From NCBI GenBank assembly GCA_965112155.1, contig OZ218107.1: a stretch of 64,000 bases of DNA; one strand, 5' to 3'. The notes under the pieces were generated by a model. That model was given only the letters and a program-made list of their open reading frames with translations. It searched no databases and was not told the origin of the DNA. Each line of letters opens with the position of its first letter. The stretch's first letter is position 1. This DNA comes from Podarcis liolepis (taxonomy: Eukaryota). Positions 10,841 through 24,684 of the stretch are shown here, piece by piece. The position numbers and the translations under genes are program-made.

Positions 10841-13800
10841 TTTCAGTAGAAAGCACCCTTTCAAGTAGTTTAACTAATATGGGGCAATGAAGCTACTTGC
10901 TCCAGACACAAGCTGGGGACTGATGCGCCATGGGCATCTTCTAATACTTTAAAGTTATTAAGGGAATTATGGTGTGATGTTTTCTGGAAAGTATGGGGGG
11001 AAGTGGGCAAGCTTTCAAGACAGTAAGTACAAAACTAGACTTAGGGGCTTAGTTGAAAGCTGCAGACCAAGCAGATTGGCACCAGTGAAGCTTATCATTG
11101 TTTTTCTGCCTGCAACCAAACAGAGTAAAGCACACTCAGTCATTGATTACTGCTGGTGGGGGAGGAGAAGTCCAAGGCATGTAGCATTGAACAGCAGCAG
11201 CCCGAAGTCCCCCCCCCCCCTTTGGAAAGTCACAGTTTGGAATCTCAAAAACAGCACTCTGAATGGTTTGCAACTATTTGTAGCTCATCTTATTGCCAGC
11301 TCTGAGAAAGACTGTAGAACTGGGAACTTGCAAGAGACATAGGAAAGCCACCTTCAGAAATGAACTTTTGTCCCTAACATAATTTTTTAAAATTGCATTG
11401 TGGGCACAGCATTGCAGGTTTCATTTAGAAATGAAATTAATGGTATCCCGATATCAAAATGCCCACATGTGCTGGAAGAACATAGGCAACCACCTGCTAT
11501 TACCATTCTAAGACACCTATATACCAGAAGGCGTTCTCTATATAGCCCACTTCAAGTGTGAAACCAGCAAAGAGGGCATCTATTACTATGACTATTAAAT
11601 AAGGGTGTGATACAGACCCTGCCCACAGCATAGGGCAAGCAGCTGCTCATGTGTGAGCACTATCAGTCAAGCAGTCCCTGCCAATGTGTGGACATCTGCA
11701 TGGGGGCAGCAGTATCCCCTCCCCACTTCAAATATTATGTAATCTGTGCATGAAAGGAGCTTATATTTTCAGAAACTCAGGTAAATAGCTGGAATATTTG
11801 GGCTGAATTTGAGATAGGCAAGTTCTTTGCTGAAAAGTGTAAATAAGACTATGATCCTAAGTACGCTTAGTGGAGAAGAAGCCTAACTGAATAGAATTTC
11901 CTCTAAAGTCTAAACAATCAATACTTCCGGGAACGCATGTACAGTATTTTGTATTGCCTTTGTCATAAGAACTCTGTTATAAGCACTCTGTTATAAGAAA
12001 CCAGCAATTCAATAAAGCTGCTAGTAAGTAATGCATTTTACAATTTCTACTTTGCCTGTGTAACAGTTTCTTTTCCCCAAAGTATTTTGTAAATTGTAAA
12101 TGGTGCCTTCTGTTTTCTTTGAGGTTGTGCCAATGTGCCAACAGAGAAGTTGATAAATGCCTTAAGGACCACCCTCCTATGCTGTGAGTAAAAGCATACC
12201 AGAGGCAGTGTGTATATTAATACTAATATTGGTCTTCTGTTTAGAAGACGTGGAGCTGGCTGAGCTGTTGCAAATGGTATGTTGCCAGAAATGAACATTT
12301 GAAAGATGAAGGAATTCCATGTATGGGGGTGTGCTTTCAAAAATTAAAAAAGGGAGAAAAATACTGCCATTATATTACCTTTTCAAGTCCTGATAATGCA
12401 AATATAGCACTGCACACTGTCCATGCCCCCAGGAGGGCTGCATTGACAGCAACCAGACTGGCTAGTAGGTGGAGAAGAATCAAGAAAGGGCTGGTTTGAA
12501 CAGGAGAGAACAAGAAGCAATGCAAACAACTTGCTGTGCAGACCATGTGCCAAAGTTTCAACATCATCAGAGGAAGGTTACTGCTCAGCTAATGCCTCAT
12601 ATGTTTTTGGCCAATAAACAGTTTCCCCAGGCCACCACCTTGTGATAACTTACTTATTGCTCCCTCTTCCTCTCTACCTGACTTTAAAAAGCACAACATG
12701 TATGTTTTTCATAATCTCCCCTGTGTGTTGGCATGTGTAGCTCAAGAGCCTTGGGTCAAAGAGCAGAAATCTCAGCCTACTGAGTGCTAAAGAAACACTA
12801 ATGCCTTCTTGCCCTTTGTATGACTGTCATATGGTATCTAAGCATCCTTTAGGGTCTGGCTGGTCTCAAGACTCACTTTTCCATTGGCTGAAGTCCCAAC
12901 ATAAATCACCTGCCTCTGAGCAGTCTTCAATCCCACATAGTCTCTCCCACCCCCACCCCATATCTTGGTTACAGCTCATGGTGCCACCTTGAGAGAGGAA
13001 AGTTGGGCTATAAAAGTAATACTAAATAAGGAAATGACACTGAATACAAGTGGCACATGCCAAGGAACAGTTGGGGGTGAGCTCCGACTCCCCAATTATT
13101 CCTCTGCAGCTGTGCCTCTACCTGCCCCCTGACTGTCAGGGTAAAATTAGAACCACTGCTAAGACTAATGAGGTCCATGGACCAGTGAGTTCCCACCAAT
13201 GATCGAAGATCAATCATTTCTGACATCCTATTTTTCCAGATTTCTCCATAACAAATAGTCTGGTGCTTGGGATTTTTGGGCGAATCTACATTCAGAAACC
13301 AATGAAATCAATTCTTTTAATCACTCTTGATTTTACTGATCAGAAATGAAAGGCATTCATACAGGTCTGCTTGTACAACAAGATCCATACTTTGGCACTT
13401 TTTTCTCTTCTCAGTATCATTATTTTGCATGTCAGCCCTAAAATTACAAGGTTCTCTATTATCAGAGATTTGGAAGTCCTTTGTAAAGATGTGTTTATCC
13501 TTTATGTAATCTTGACATTATTGCAATAATGTGCCTGTTCTTCTACCACATGAAAAGTACAACAAGGAGGACCAGCTAGATAACTGGATTTTTCAGTTGC
13601 GGATTGCTATCTTTCCCCCTCATCCAGATTGCACATTACCTGTACTTAAGTTTGCAGAAAGTGAAATGCTGCCTTTTCACACTAATTCTCTGTATTCCTG
13701 TTTTTCACAGCAGTTTATAGCTCTAGCCTTCTCTCTCTCTCTCTGTGTATTGTAAAACTCATTATTCATGAGTTTGTTCCTCATTATGGGTGTTTGCACT

Positions 13801-15169
13801 ATTGGATATCATTAACACATGTTACTCCCATCTTTGCCCTTCACTCTGTTAGAAGATTATAATAGCAACAGTCAGTTAAATTTAAGCTAAATAACCCACT
13901 GAACTAATATTACACTCACCCACTCATCAGCAACAAGAAGGAAATGAAGCTTTGGACTCAGTTTGGCTTTGCTTTAGTGTTAATGATTTGCGCTTATACA
14001 TGATTTGCTTTTTTAAAATAAATCACTGTTGAGTGTGGTGCATCATAGTGTAATAAACAATTTTTGATAGTTAATGAGATACATTTCTATTTAAAAAAAA
14101 TAAAAAATAAAAATTGAGATATGCTTTTAAAAACATTATAGCTGTACCTTCTCATGGCACAGCTGTAGCATCAAACCCACCACCACATAGGTGGGGTCAA
14201 AAACAGAGAAGCAAAAACAGAGAAGCTTAACACAATTTTATTGCTCAGCCAGGATTGGGGGTGAATATTTTGTGCTAAGGATTTGCTCAGATGCCTCAGC
14301 CACATGGCTGTGTGCCTTTTGTATGTTAGTTAACCTTTGGGTGAATGGGTGGGAAATGGCTCCTTGGTGTGGCTATAATACTTAAAAAGCAACTGAGATA
14401 TCCCCTTCCCCCAGATATCCCCAAATCAGAATAAATCAGCTGCAAAACAGTAACAGGATCCTTGTGACTCGATATCCCAAATTCCACACATTCAGCACAT
14501 TTTAGAAGGAGAAATTACTGACCGTTTTGCACTTTACCATACCTATTTCATCGTGGCAGCCAAATGAGCTACAGATCAAGTCCAAAGAATGAAACAATGG
14601 CTCTCTAGTGTTCACTACAATGCATATGCAGCCGTCAGTGCCTTGGAATGGTTTTGGCTCTAGAAAACTGGGCTGGGGGCCGCACAGGAGAAGCAGAGAC
14701 GCAGTCAGCAGTATTATTACTATTACTATTACTACAATGTATGTACTGCCCTTTGCCAAAAGATCCCAGGGCAGTGTACAACATTAAGAACACATTTTAC
14801 AGAACGTAATGATGAAAGCATAATACAAAGCATAATAAGCATATTACCAAGTACAGTCCTAATGCTGTGTTACAGACAGGCCGTCCATTTCCCCTTCTTC
14901 TCTGTCAGAGCACAACATCTTCCTTCTAGAACGGCAATGCTCTAGAATAGTGACACTAAGGTTTCCCATAGTAATAGAAGTGGTGATATTTACCCATTTC
15001 TTGACTTATGTGTGGACGGTGATTAGATCACATCTAGCATAGCCCAGTGGTCGAGTACATGATGCCAGTCAGTCTACATGCATAACACTGAACTAGATGG
15101 ACCAATTGTCTTATTTAATGCAATACAGTTTCCTATGTACTATTGTTCTAAAACACCAGCCAGAACCAT

Positions 15170-15839
15170 CATACCCTCCAACATTTCTCCAATGAAAATA
15201 GGGACACCCCTTCCATAATGATAATTTTACTATTCATACCCCACACATCTTACTCAGTTGCCCCAGCCACTCTGGGCACCTTCCACCATATTTAAAAATA
15301 ATAATAAAACATTAAACATTTTTAAAAAAACCTTCCCTACAAGAAGATCAAACCAATCCATTCTTAAGGAAATCAGCCCTGAGTGCTCACTGGAAGGACA
15401 GATCCTGAAGCTGAGGCTCCAATACTTTGGCCACCTCATGAGAAGAGAAGACTCCCTGGAAAAGACCCTGATGTTGGCAAAGATGGAGGGCACAAGGAGA
15501 AGGGGACGACAGAGGACAAGATGGTTGGACAGTGTTCTCGAAGCTACCAGCATGAGTTTGACCAAACTGCAGGAGGCAGTGGAAGACAGGAGTGCCTGGT
15601 GTGCTCTGGTCCATGGGGTCACGAAGAGTCGGACTAAATGACTAAACAACAACAACAACAAATACAGGATTGCCTTCAATCAGCTTGTGGGTTAAATAAC
15701 TCCATACCCACCAACATTTCTCCGATGAAACTAGGGACATCCTAAGGAAAAGCAGGACATTCTGGGATCAAATCAGAAACCAGGATGGCTTCTCTAAATC
15801 AGGGACATCCCTGGAAAACAGGGACACTTGGAGGGTCTG
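15170..15839. mobile_element. Composite non-autonomous DNA element (TIR CATACCCTCCAA / TTGGAGGGTCTG) hosting the Bov-B fragment
   Basis: Inverted ends; left end repeated at ~15703; no clean TSD found. Confidence 0.55.
15340..15662 (+). mobile_element. RTE/Bov-B LINE 3' fragment
   Basis: RRSNQSILKEISPECSLEGQILKLRLQYFGHLMRREDSLEKTLMLAKMEGTRRRGRQRTRWLD...W.ALVHGVTKSRT is the Bov-B ORF C-terminus; (CAA)n tail. Confidence 0.95.
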
Positions 15840-15849
15840 CACTATACAC

Positions 15850-16340
15850 CAGTGGTGCCTGGTAGCTGTTGGACCGGTAAGGCAGAAGGCAGGGAGCCCA
15901 ACAGGAGGTAGAGCCAGAGGTGGAGCCAGCTGAATTCCACTTTTGCCTCCATCCTTCTCCCAGCTGAGTTACACATGGTCAAAACTGAGATTATGGAAGA
16001 TGATTCAAAATTGGAGTTAGTGGGGCAGGGCAGGGGCGGAGCTACCGCCCTGGCACACGGTGTGGGGGCAGGGCTAGCCGCCCACACGGCGAGCGTCCTT
16101 AGCTGCCTGTGCCCGCGTGGCGAGCGTGGGGGACGCTGCTAGCCACCTGTGTGGGGAGCGTCCCTAGCCGCCTGCTGCCAGCACAGCGAGTGTTTGGGGT
16201 GCCGTCCGCGCAGTGAGTACAGGGGGTGGGGTGGCGAAGCGATGCCACCCGCTCTGACGGCTGTCACCCAGTGTGCCCTGCACCCGCCTTCCTCCGCCAG
16301 TGGGGCAGGGCCTATTTGTCCTAATGGACCAGCCTCCACA
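15850..16340. mobile_element. Older DNA-transposon MITE (CAGTGGTGCCTGGT..ACCAGCCTCCAC ends), interrupted by 16031-16302
   Basis: Imperfect terminal inverted repeats. Confidence 0.5.
16031..16302. mobile_element. GC-rich hAT MITE
   Basis: TIR CAGGGGCGGAG / CTCCGCCAGTG; perfect 8-bp TSD GGGCAGGG (16023-16030, 16303-16310). Confidence 0.85.
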
Positions 16341-18135
16341 ATAACTCACTAGGCTCCCCCTTTGCAGACCTTAGATTCTACAAGGTTTGGAAGAACAAAA
16401 AAGGTTTTCTTTCCTGCATGTTTGCTGCCGTTAAGTGTTCCAGGAAAGCTTACAATCCTGCAGTTAGTGAATCAAATGTATCACACTTCACTGAAGCTAG
16501 CCTGGAGCACTATTTTGACTTTGAAACAAAATTATTGTTTTAAAGGAAAGAAGCAAATGGCACGACACATTTTAAGCCTATGTCAGGTAATCCCTTGCTT
16601 TGAACATGTCATAATACAGTAAGTTGGGTTTAGCATCCCTTTCGAGTATTTTTGAATGCACTGTGTTTAGGCATAATTGGATATTTTTTTTACCTGATAT
16701 GTACTTAATCAAATTGAAATCAAAGAATAGCGCCTCACTTGTAAGCCTTCCAAAATATAAAAATGATGGGTCTCTTTTGAAGAAAGATTTGTCAGGTTCA
16801 TATAGCATTTACTGGAAAGTACCACTTCATGAAATTAATGAAAAAAATATATTTTACATTGGTTGTCCGCTTTCTGTACTGAAGATGAATACCACAGGAA
16901 AAGAATGCACCATGTGTAACATGTTTCACAACACTTAATGTACTTTTAGATGTGATAATGAGGGAAGGATAAAAAAAATCTAAATAAGGAGCAATCCGAA
17001 TATGAGGCATAAAAGCTGCCAGCTAAAACTTTGGGGACTTTTCAAAAAAGATCTGGGATTGTCATTTCCCTCGAAACGCCCACATTAGATCTGATACCAA
17101 GATTTTGAAATATATGTAAAATGTAGTACATCCTTTCTATACATGTTGTTGTCTCCTTATAATGTTTATTTGTTTATTTATTTATTTTTAAAAGGTGCCT
17201 GCATTTCTACATGATGAAAATAAACCACAAATCAAATCAATTCCCTAATTTGTATGCATGACAAACATGCAGCAAAATGGCAGAAGGGTAAATGGGTGAT
17301 GAATATCTCTAAAGTGAACATTGTACCGTTTTATCCTGCATTTGTCACATCTGCTTTGAATATGTGATGTGAAATACGTCCCAGAGCAGTTGCATATTGC
17401 AAAGTAAGTCACAGATAGGTTAACCGTGTGGAAGTACTTGTTGTACTTAACAACAATCACCTAAAGTTGATATGAACTGTGCACAGAAATCCCCACCACT
17501 CTTTAATTGCCAACAAGACTAGATGAGATCGACACCATGCTTCCTTTGTCTACCTAAAAGCCTTTCCCCAACATCCCTGTCAAATTCTAGCAGTGGGACA
17601 GGAGACAGCAACAGTGGAACAGAAAGAGGGGAAGGCATTCATTTGATTTCTGCCCTTCCGAAAATGCTATGGCTCCTTCTGTGTCCTGCGGCATATAGTA
17701 CTGCTACAGGATGAAGAATTATTTTCATAAGAACACATTTCTCATTAGGATGCCCGCGCTGTTCCCATCCCCTTGCCTCCTGTCTGACTCTCCCAGCTGT
17801 TTCTTTAGGTTGTTTGTTGCATTGCTGTGTGCTTCTTACTCTCTTCTCTCAAGAAAGAGACATGTTGCCTTTCTCCCCTTCCCTAAAGCCCAATCCTTTG
17901 GCTGAAGACATTATTACCAACATAGGAATAGCATCAGCGACAGAGCAGGGAAGGGACTGTGCACCCAATCTCATTGGAACGTCCCCCTTTACAACGCTAT
18001 TTGTAAATACTGGTGGAGGAATAGGGGAATGAGAGGGGAGCAGCAGTGATGATAATATGGGGAGTGGGGGTATAAAAAAATATACACTATCCAGGACCCT
18101 CCCTGTCAGAAAACCCAGTGGTGCTGCTGCTGTTG

Positions 18136-18210
<75 letters not shown>
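18136..18210. repeat. (GT)n(GA)n microsatellite
   Basis: Direct reading. Confidence 0.95.
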
Positions 18211-18211
<1 letters not shown>

Positions 18212-18931
18212 GGAGGGAGGAGTGGACTTTGAAATTATTGGACTATGTGGAGATGGCGAAACTGATGGCAAAAGAGAAGAAATGCTTGCAGACCAACATA
18301 CTCTGTGTTTTCTTGGTCTACTTACTGCCTCCATTGGCTCCAGCTCCCTACACAGACAACAACTTCTCGCACTATCTTAGCAGCACACTTGTAGCCAGCC
18401 TAAAGGTTTCCCCCCCAAAAAAAGTTGGGGGGAAGTTTATCCCTGTGTACATGCTAATGTTTTACATGAATTGATTAAGGCTATATTAATGATACTACTG
18501 ATAATAATGATAATTTTTACTGTTCTCTGCAGAGACCCTGGGGCAGTGGTAGGCCAGGTCAGAGGGGAACTATTTCTGGGGTTGCCAGAGCACAGCATTC
18601 ACCTCCTATCTTTCCTTCTATTTTTCGCCTCTTTGTTTTCATCTATCCATCCATCCACTGGCTGCCTTCCTTGACCCCTCCACTTTTCCTCCTCAGCTTC
18701 CTTTAGCTCCACTCCTTGTTCCTTCTATGCTGTACCTTATAATACGTTTTATGATTTCCTTTTCTCTCCATCCTACATTTTCCCTATTTCCACCCTTCTC
18801 CTTCTTCTCTTATTTGCCCCACTTCTTTCCTGGCGCTATCCTTCCCCTTTGCTTACACTCTCTCTCTCACCTCCTCCAACCAACAAAATTATAACTGTGC
18901 TTACTCTCCTCTCCCACCTCACCAATAAGTA

Positions 18932-19163
18932 CAGTGGTACCTCGGGTTACAAACACCTCGGGTTACAAATGCTTCGGTTTACAAACTCTGCTTACCCGGA
19001 AGTAGTACCTCGGGTTGAGAACTTTGCCCAAGGATGAGAATAGAAATCGACGCTGGCGGCAGCGAGAGGCCCCATTAGCGAAAGCGCACCTCAGGTTAAG
19101 AATGGTTTTGTGTTAAGAACGGACCTCCGGAATGAATTAAGTTCGTAACCCGAGGTACCACTG
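18932..19163. mobile_element. Tc1/mariner (Tigger-like) MITE
   Basis: TIR CAGTGGTACCTCGGGTTAC; TA TSD on both sides. Confidence 0.9.
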
Positions 19164-19466
19164 TATGTGTATTTACATAACTTCTAATTTATCCTTCAAA
19201 GGCAAACCCACACCATGCCTGTCTTATTACTGATTGTTGTAAGCAACTCCATAAACGTTTCTTTTCTGAACAGAGGGGCAAAGGATTAAGTAGTGTGAAC
19301 AGGTCAGCAGAATATAACCCAGGGTGTATAGGATTACAGCCATTCTGGCTATAAAGTATTCCCCATGCATTGCAACAGAAGCCTCCAGAATTCTCTTTTC
19401 ACCCCAGCAAGTTTTTCAAGCCACCACCCCACCCCAGATTGGGAAAAAGAGGCCTTTTCAAGAAGC

Positions 19467-19583
19467 TCTTCTTCTTCTTCTTCTTCTTCTTCTTCTTCTT
19501 CTTCTTCTTCTTCGAATCATAGAATCATAGAGTTGGAAGAAACCACAAGGGCCATCGAGTCCAACCCCCTGCCAAGCAGGGGG
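19467..19583 (-). mobile_element. (TTC)n microsatellite plus short CR1 3' end
   Basis: gaatcatagaatcatagagttggaag..gtccaacccc is the CR1 terminal (ATTCTATG)n repeat and hairpin. Confidence 0.75.
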
Positions 19584-19714
19584 TTCTTCTTCAATGCACT
19601 TTAGCAAAGGAGAAAAGATGTGCAGCTGAGTTGTCTTGACCAAAGGAAACCTGTGGGCCCTATCTTCTGTCTTGTGATTGAATTTTTTAAAAATGAAAAC
19701 GATTTCCTAGCCTG

Positions 19715-19748
<34 letters not shown>

Positions 19749-22685
19749 CGCGCACACACACTGCTACAAGCTAGCTAGGGAAATGTGCAGGTTTGCATGA
19801 GATATGCAGACATTTAAAAGGCACGCTTGTCTTTGGCTTAGCTAGTGTGCCTGGAGGCTTGCTTGGCCTCTGGGAGAGAAGAAAAGGCATGACCTTCTTG
19901 ACAAAGACTTTCCTATTGATTTAAATATTGTTTGTAAAACATTTAAGGAGGGGAGAGAGTTTTTTGGGGGCAGCACCCCTAGCTATGGGCCTAATTAGCT
20001 GATCCCTTGGAGTTGTCCAGGTTCCTACCCCTGTCCTCTATCTCCTTTGAACTGGACTTCAGCACAGTCTGCCTCCTCTGGTAGTATAATTTTCTTATGG
20101 AACGAGACACATTGCGACTTGGTGTGGAATGTTGATGGAACCAAATACAGCAAAATAACCTGATCTCCGTGTTAATAATCTAGCCAGAAAACCACCTGGA
20201 AGCAGCACCCAAGATTAAGGCAACATTAAAGGCTTGTGGCTTTACCGTGCCTTTAATATCACATATTAATGGAAGTTAGTGTTCCTGCTAGGTTCCTCCA
20301 GGACTGAAGAGCTGTCTACACCACATTGCCATGGCAACACATGGATGCATATTCATTTAATCTGAGACTGCAACTGTTCCTTAAGCAGCTATTCAGCTCA
20401 GAACTGAACACCTCTCAGTTAAAAAAATGAAAGGGGTGGAGAGGCCAAAATCACTGAAAAAAATAGTAGCAAAAAGCTAAGCCATCCTCAGAAGCTCAGG
20501 AAAGGTGTATCAGATAGTGAGCCCTTTTGTAAAAACTGAGAAGGCATACTAGTCTTTAAAAAAATTCTAAATAGATGACTCCTCTGAGACTGCCACAGTC
20601 TCTAGAGAGATCTGCATTTCTATTCATGCAGTTATTGTTCTATGATGAGAACATTACTTGCATGCTCCCTGCCTTACTGATGGCCACTGCTTGTATGTGA
20701 TGATGATGCTTACGCTTTCCTTCCATCAGATAATGCTGATACAGAGTGCAAAGTCCACTTAGGCTGCCTCAGGACAATCACCCTATCAACACCTGAATCT
20801 ATCCTGCGTGCTAGGATTTCATTACTAATATGCACCACTATTTTTGTGATTGCATACACCAGTATGGAGTATAGTCACCTCTTCCTCCACTTATTTTGCT
20901 GCTATTGGCAGCTGATGTGCATTGGCACCCACAGCACCTTTATCAAGATAGGAGTACTGGCACTTCATTTTTTTTACTTGACTTTTAAAAGCATTAGTAG
21001 CAGGTCTAGTAGAACTAGTTCACCACCAAAGGTAAATAAGCAGTGTGCCTTCTGTCCTTTGCAGCTGTTTCTTAATGTACTGATGTTCTTCTTATTCGCA
21101 ATAGCAAGCGCTTCACTGTCATCAGGCAAGAAGACCCCTAGCCTTCCAAGGTACTCTGGAACTGAAGCGGGGGCAGAATCAGTTCCAAAATTGGCCTTTG
21201 TCCAGAAGCAAAGTCCAACCATGGAGAAAGTCCCTGCCCATCTAGTTGGTGTTGGGTTGTTAAGGTGGGCTGGGCAGTTTGGCTGCCTAGCACCAGAGCA
21301 AGCCCCAGCTTATCTTTCCAGTGTTAGTGCTGCTCATCACCAGAGGAGTAGGAGGAAGGGATTTTGACTGACCTTGGTGATGACAAAGGGTCAGGACAGC
21401 CACACATTTTGGCTTGGCTACCATGGTCAGCCAAAAGTGATAAATCACTTCTTATTCATATCATGCTTTCCCTAGTAGTATGAGTATGTGTGCAGTATAT
21501 GAGCAATTAAGAAAATGCACATTAGCATAGCGGCTGCCTGTATGATGCAAACATCAGGTATTGAGTAAGCCATATGTCTCATCATACAATCATCAAACTC
21601 CATATGCCTTTCTCTGCTTCTGAATTTACACACCTTTAAAGAAAACATAATATGGTAAGTGGCCCTGTGACTATTTCCTCATACTTTCTTTTCATTTCAA
21701 ACTTACAAAGAATCTGCTTTGTGTGTGTGTGAATTTTTCTGACTGTGTTTGCTGAGGAATGCACACAGCAGTCTCACAAGTTTCCTGGTGAAATTGATAT
21801 GCATTCTCATGGAAAACCCAAGGCATGCATTGTGCCTGGAGGTGCTCTACTATGTATATGGAACTCCACACAAACAAGGACTGCTTTCTTCTCTTTAGTA
21901 CTCTGCCCATCTCATGGTGAGGAGTGTATGAATCATTTTCTGATAAGGAAGAGAATCCCTGCTTTCATGGTTCTCCATCAGTGCACTGGATCTCTGCAGA
22001 CCTTTGGACTGTAGCAACAGATTTTAATAAGAACCAAAAATGGAGCAAGGAAGTAAACGAAATAACAATGAAACACAGGATGCCTGCACAGCAAATGGGC
22101 AGAAAGACATATGTTCCTGCAGCAGCTGCTGCCAATATTTTTCTCTGCTTCGCCCCCAAAGGTTGTATGGGGGGGCGGGGGCTGTGCACCATCCAGGCTT
22201 TCAGATGAGTCATTACTGCTCGAAACAATGAAGCATGAAAACCATTGCTCCTCTCAAATTATAATCCTTTGTGAGAGCAATGCTCCAAAGCTGCTCTTTT
22301 AATCTAGATTTCCTATCTCAAATTGAAAACCTTCAGTGAACCCTTCCTTTAGGTGGTTTTAAAAAATGACAGGTCTCCTTGCTCTTTTAAGACTAGTCTG
22401 GAAATCAGATATACTCTTCTCATTCTTTCATTGGTGAAATCAAATTCATACCACCAAAATAGGATTTTTTTTTCTCGGGGAACATAACACAAACCTCTTA
22501 TAACAAATGCCCAAGGTTATAAGACTAGTTCTTGAATGAAAGGCAAGCCTGTGAGCAGAACAAATGTCATTTCCAACCCAAATTAAGACAATGTTTTTTC
22601 TTTCCACTTTTTTCAGTCATGGTAGGTTAACTAATACAAAAGCCATTAAACCAACACAAAATTGGCGAGGGGGGAATGTACACAA

Positions 22686-22950
22686 GGCCAGTGTGGTGTA
22701 GTGGTTAAGAGCGGTAGTCACGTAATCTGGTGAACCGGGTTCGCTTCCCCGCTCCTCCACCTGCAGCTGCTGGGTGACCTTGGGCCAGTCACACTCCTCT
22801 GAAGTCTCTCAGCCCCACTCACCTCACAGAGTGTTTGTTGTGGGGGAGGAAGGGAAAGGAGAATGTTAGCCACTTTGAGACTCGTTCGGGTAGTGATAAA
22901 GCGGGGTATCAAATCCAAACTCCTCCTCCTCCTCCTCTTCTTCTTCTTCT
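22686..22950 (+). mobile_element. Squam3-type tRNA-derived SINE
   Basis: A-box TGGTGTAGTGG, B-box-like GGTTCGCTTCC, CORE-like gggtgaccttgggccagtcac, (CTC/TTC)n tail; three copies in window. Confidence 0.85.
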
Positions 22951-23993
22951 AACAGAGCAGCATTTTTAATTTCTCCTCAAAAAGGTTGTTTTTCCACATA
23001 TAGGCTAACATTCTCAATAGACAAGGACCATGTGTAAAAGGAGGGTAGGATCTTTTAAATAATGGCCTTGGCTTCACCAAAAGTAGCCATAACTCAGTAA
23101 CAAAAATCTATTACCATGGGTATTATCTACTAAGGAAAACATGAACCAATAAGGAATATTAAAGAAAACAAACACAAAGAAGGATCCAAAGGGCTGCACA
23201 TGGTGTTCACATGATGAATCAAACCTTTTCAATCACGTCATAGCCTCTTGGATCTGGAAGGTCATGGAATCATTCCCAGCAGCAGCATTCAATAACAGTA
23301 CTAAATATTGCAGTTGGAAATAAAATTTGGTAACCACCTACTGATATATGTTTTCCATGTATAGCCTGTAGCCACAGTGACTAGGAGATATAAGCCCATC
23401 TCCACAATGCCTGGATAACTGTTTTAAGTGGTACAATTTTAATTGGGAACACTGGCACACATAAAGGAGCAGAAATCGCTATTATAATTCATTTCAACAA
23501 GAAGGAAGGATTAAAAGGTAGGTTTTATGTGATAATGAACTGTCACTGAACAATTTCACAGATGACTAAAATAGAATAGTGTTTAGAAACTGTTTTATTT
23601 TTATGGACAAATAAGGAGATAGTCACATTTTTGCTATTACGATTTTAGACCTCACACCTTTCCCTCCTCCAAAAAACCATACACATTGCATATATCACAC
23701 TTCATATTAAGGAAATGGCCTCTTCTACTGCCCTTGTTAAGAGTCCTGAAGCAAACCCTCACACTTTTAATAGGAGCAAAACTGATATTGTTCAAATGAT
23801 AACATACTGGGAGCAAAAGACTAGACACTGCCAATTTTCAAAGAAGTTGTAGGGTCAATAAGACAAAACGGTGGCATGACCAAACAGCTTTTTGGTCACA
23901 TTCTTTCTTTCCACATTGCTGCTGGACAGAGTTATGTGTTTGGTGGGAAAGCCAAAAGCAAGGGAATCTCAGCATATATTTCTGATGTGTACA

Positions 23994-24684
23994 GAATCAC
24001 AGAATTGTAAGTTGGAAGGGATCCAAATGATCTAGTCCAACCCCCTGCAAGGCAAGAATCCCACAGCTATCCCTGGGTAGGCTTGTTCTTTGTTTTTTTA
24101 AATGATATTTATTAAGTTTTCAAAGGGGAAAAATTTACATAAATAAAAAGATTAGAAGAAAAGACAAAAATAAAAACAAAATAAAAAGAGAAAAATACAA
24201 AATACAGAAAAAAGATAAAAAACATTTAAAAAGAAAACACATCAATCTTTCCATGTCATATATTCATATCCTTGCTTCCCTGACCTCCTCACACCTCCCT
24301 TTTTTGTATTCCAGTTCAGTTAGTTAATTCAGCAATTTCTTTCCCTCTTTGTTTTTATCTTAATCCTTTAACTTAATATAATATAACTTTTAGTTCTCAC
24401 CTGTTAATAATCCATTTTTCATACACCTTTAAAACATTGCTGCTTAAACCACTTAACTTCATTCTGACATCATTCTAACATTCATTAATTTTACAATATT
24501 TCTGTAAATAGTCTTTAAATTTCTTCCAATCTTCTTCCACCGACTCTTCTCCCTGGTCTCGGATTCTGCCAGTCATTTCCGCCAGTTCCATGTAGTCCAT
24601 CACCTTCATCTGCCTATCCCTGGGTAGGCTTGAACCACCAACCTTCTGGTTAACAGCCAGCCACTCTGACCTACTGTGCTACCT
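23994..24684 (-). mobile_element. tRNA(Asn-like)-head / CR1-tail SINE split by an L1 insertion
   Basis: Minus-strand head ggtagcacagtagg..ctgttaacc..ggtggttcaagcc; CR1-type tail at 23994-24050. Confidence 0.65.
24086..24613 (-). mobile_element. L1-clade LINE 3' fragment
   Basis: Translates QMKVMDYMELAEMTGRIRDQGEESVEEDWKKFKDYL (ORF2 C-terminus), then 3'UTR and A-rich tail; perfect 19-bp TSD CTATCCCTGGGTAGGCTTG (24067-24085, 24614-24632). Confidence 0.85.

Noticed and set aside
20642-20740. C/D box snoRNA-like ATGATGA..CTGA motifs
   Set aside because: Too short, with no terminal stem or recognisable rRNA guide.
20846-21367. 173-aa plus-strand ORF
   Set aside because: GTG start, no domain similarity, no coherent splice structure.
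24633-24684. tRNA-Asn gene
   Set aside because: Degenerate stems and fusion to a CR1 tail mark it as a SINE head; the same applies to the tRNA-like heads of Sauria and Squam3 copies.
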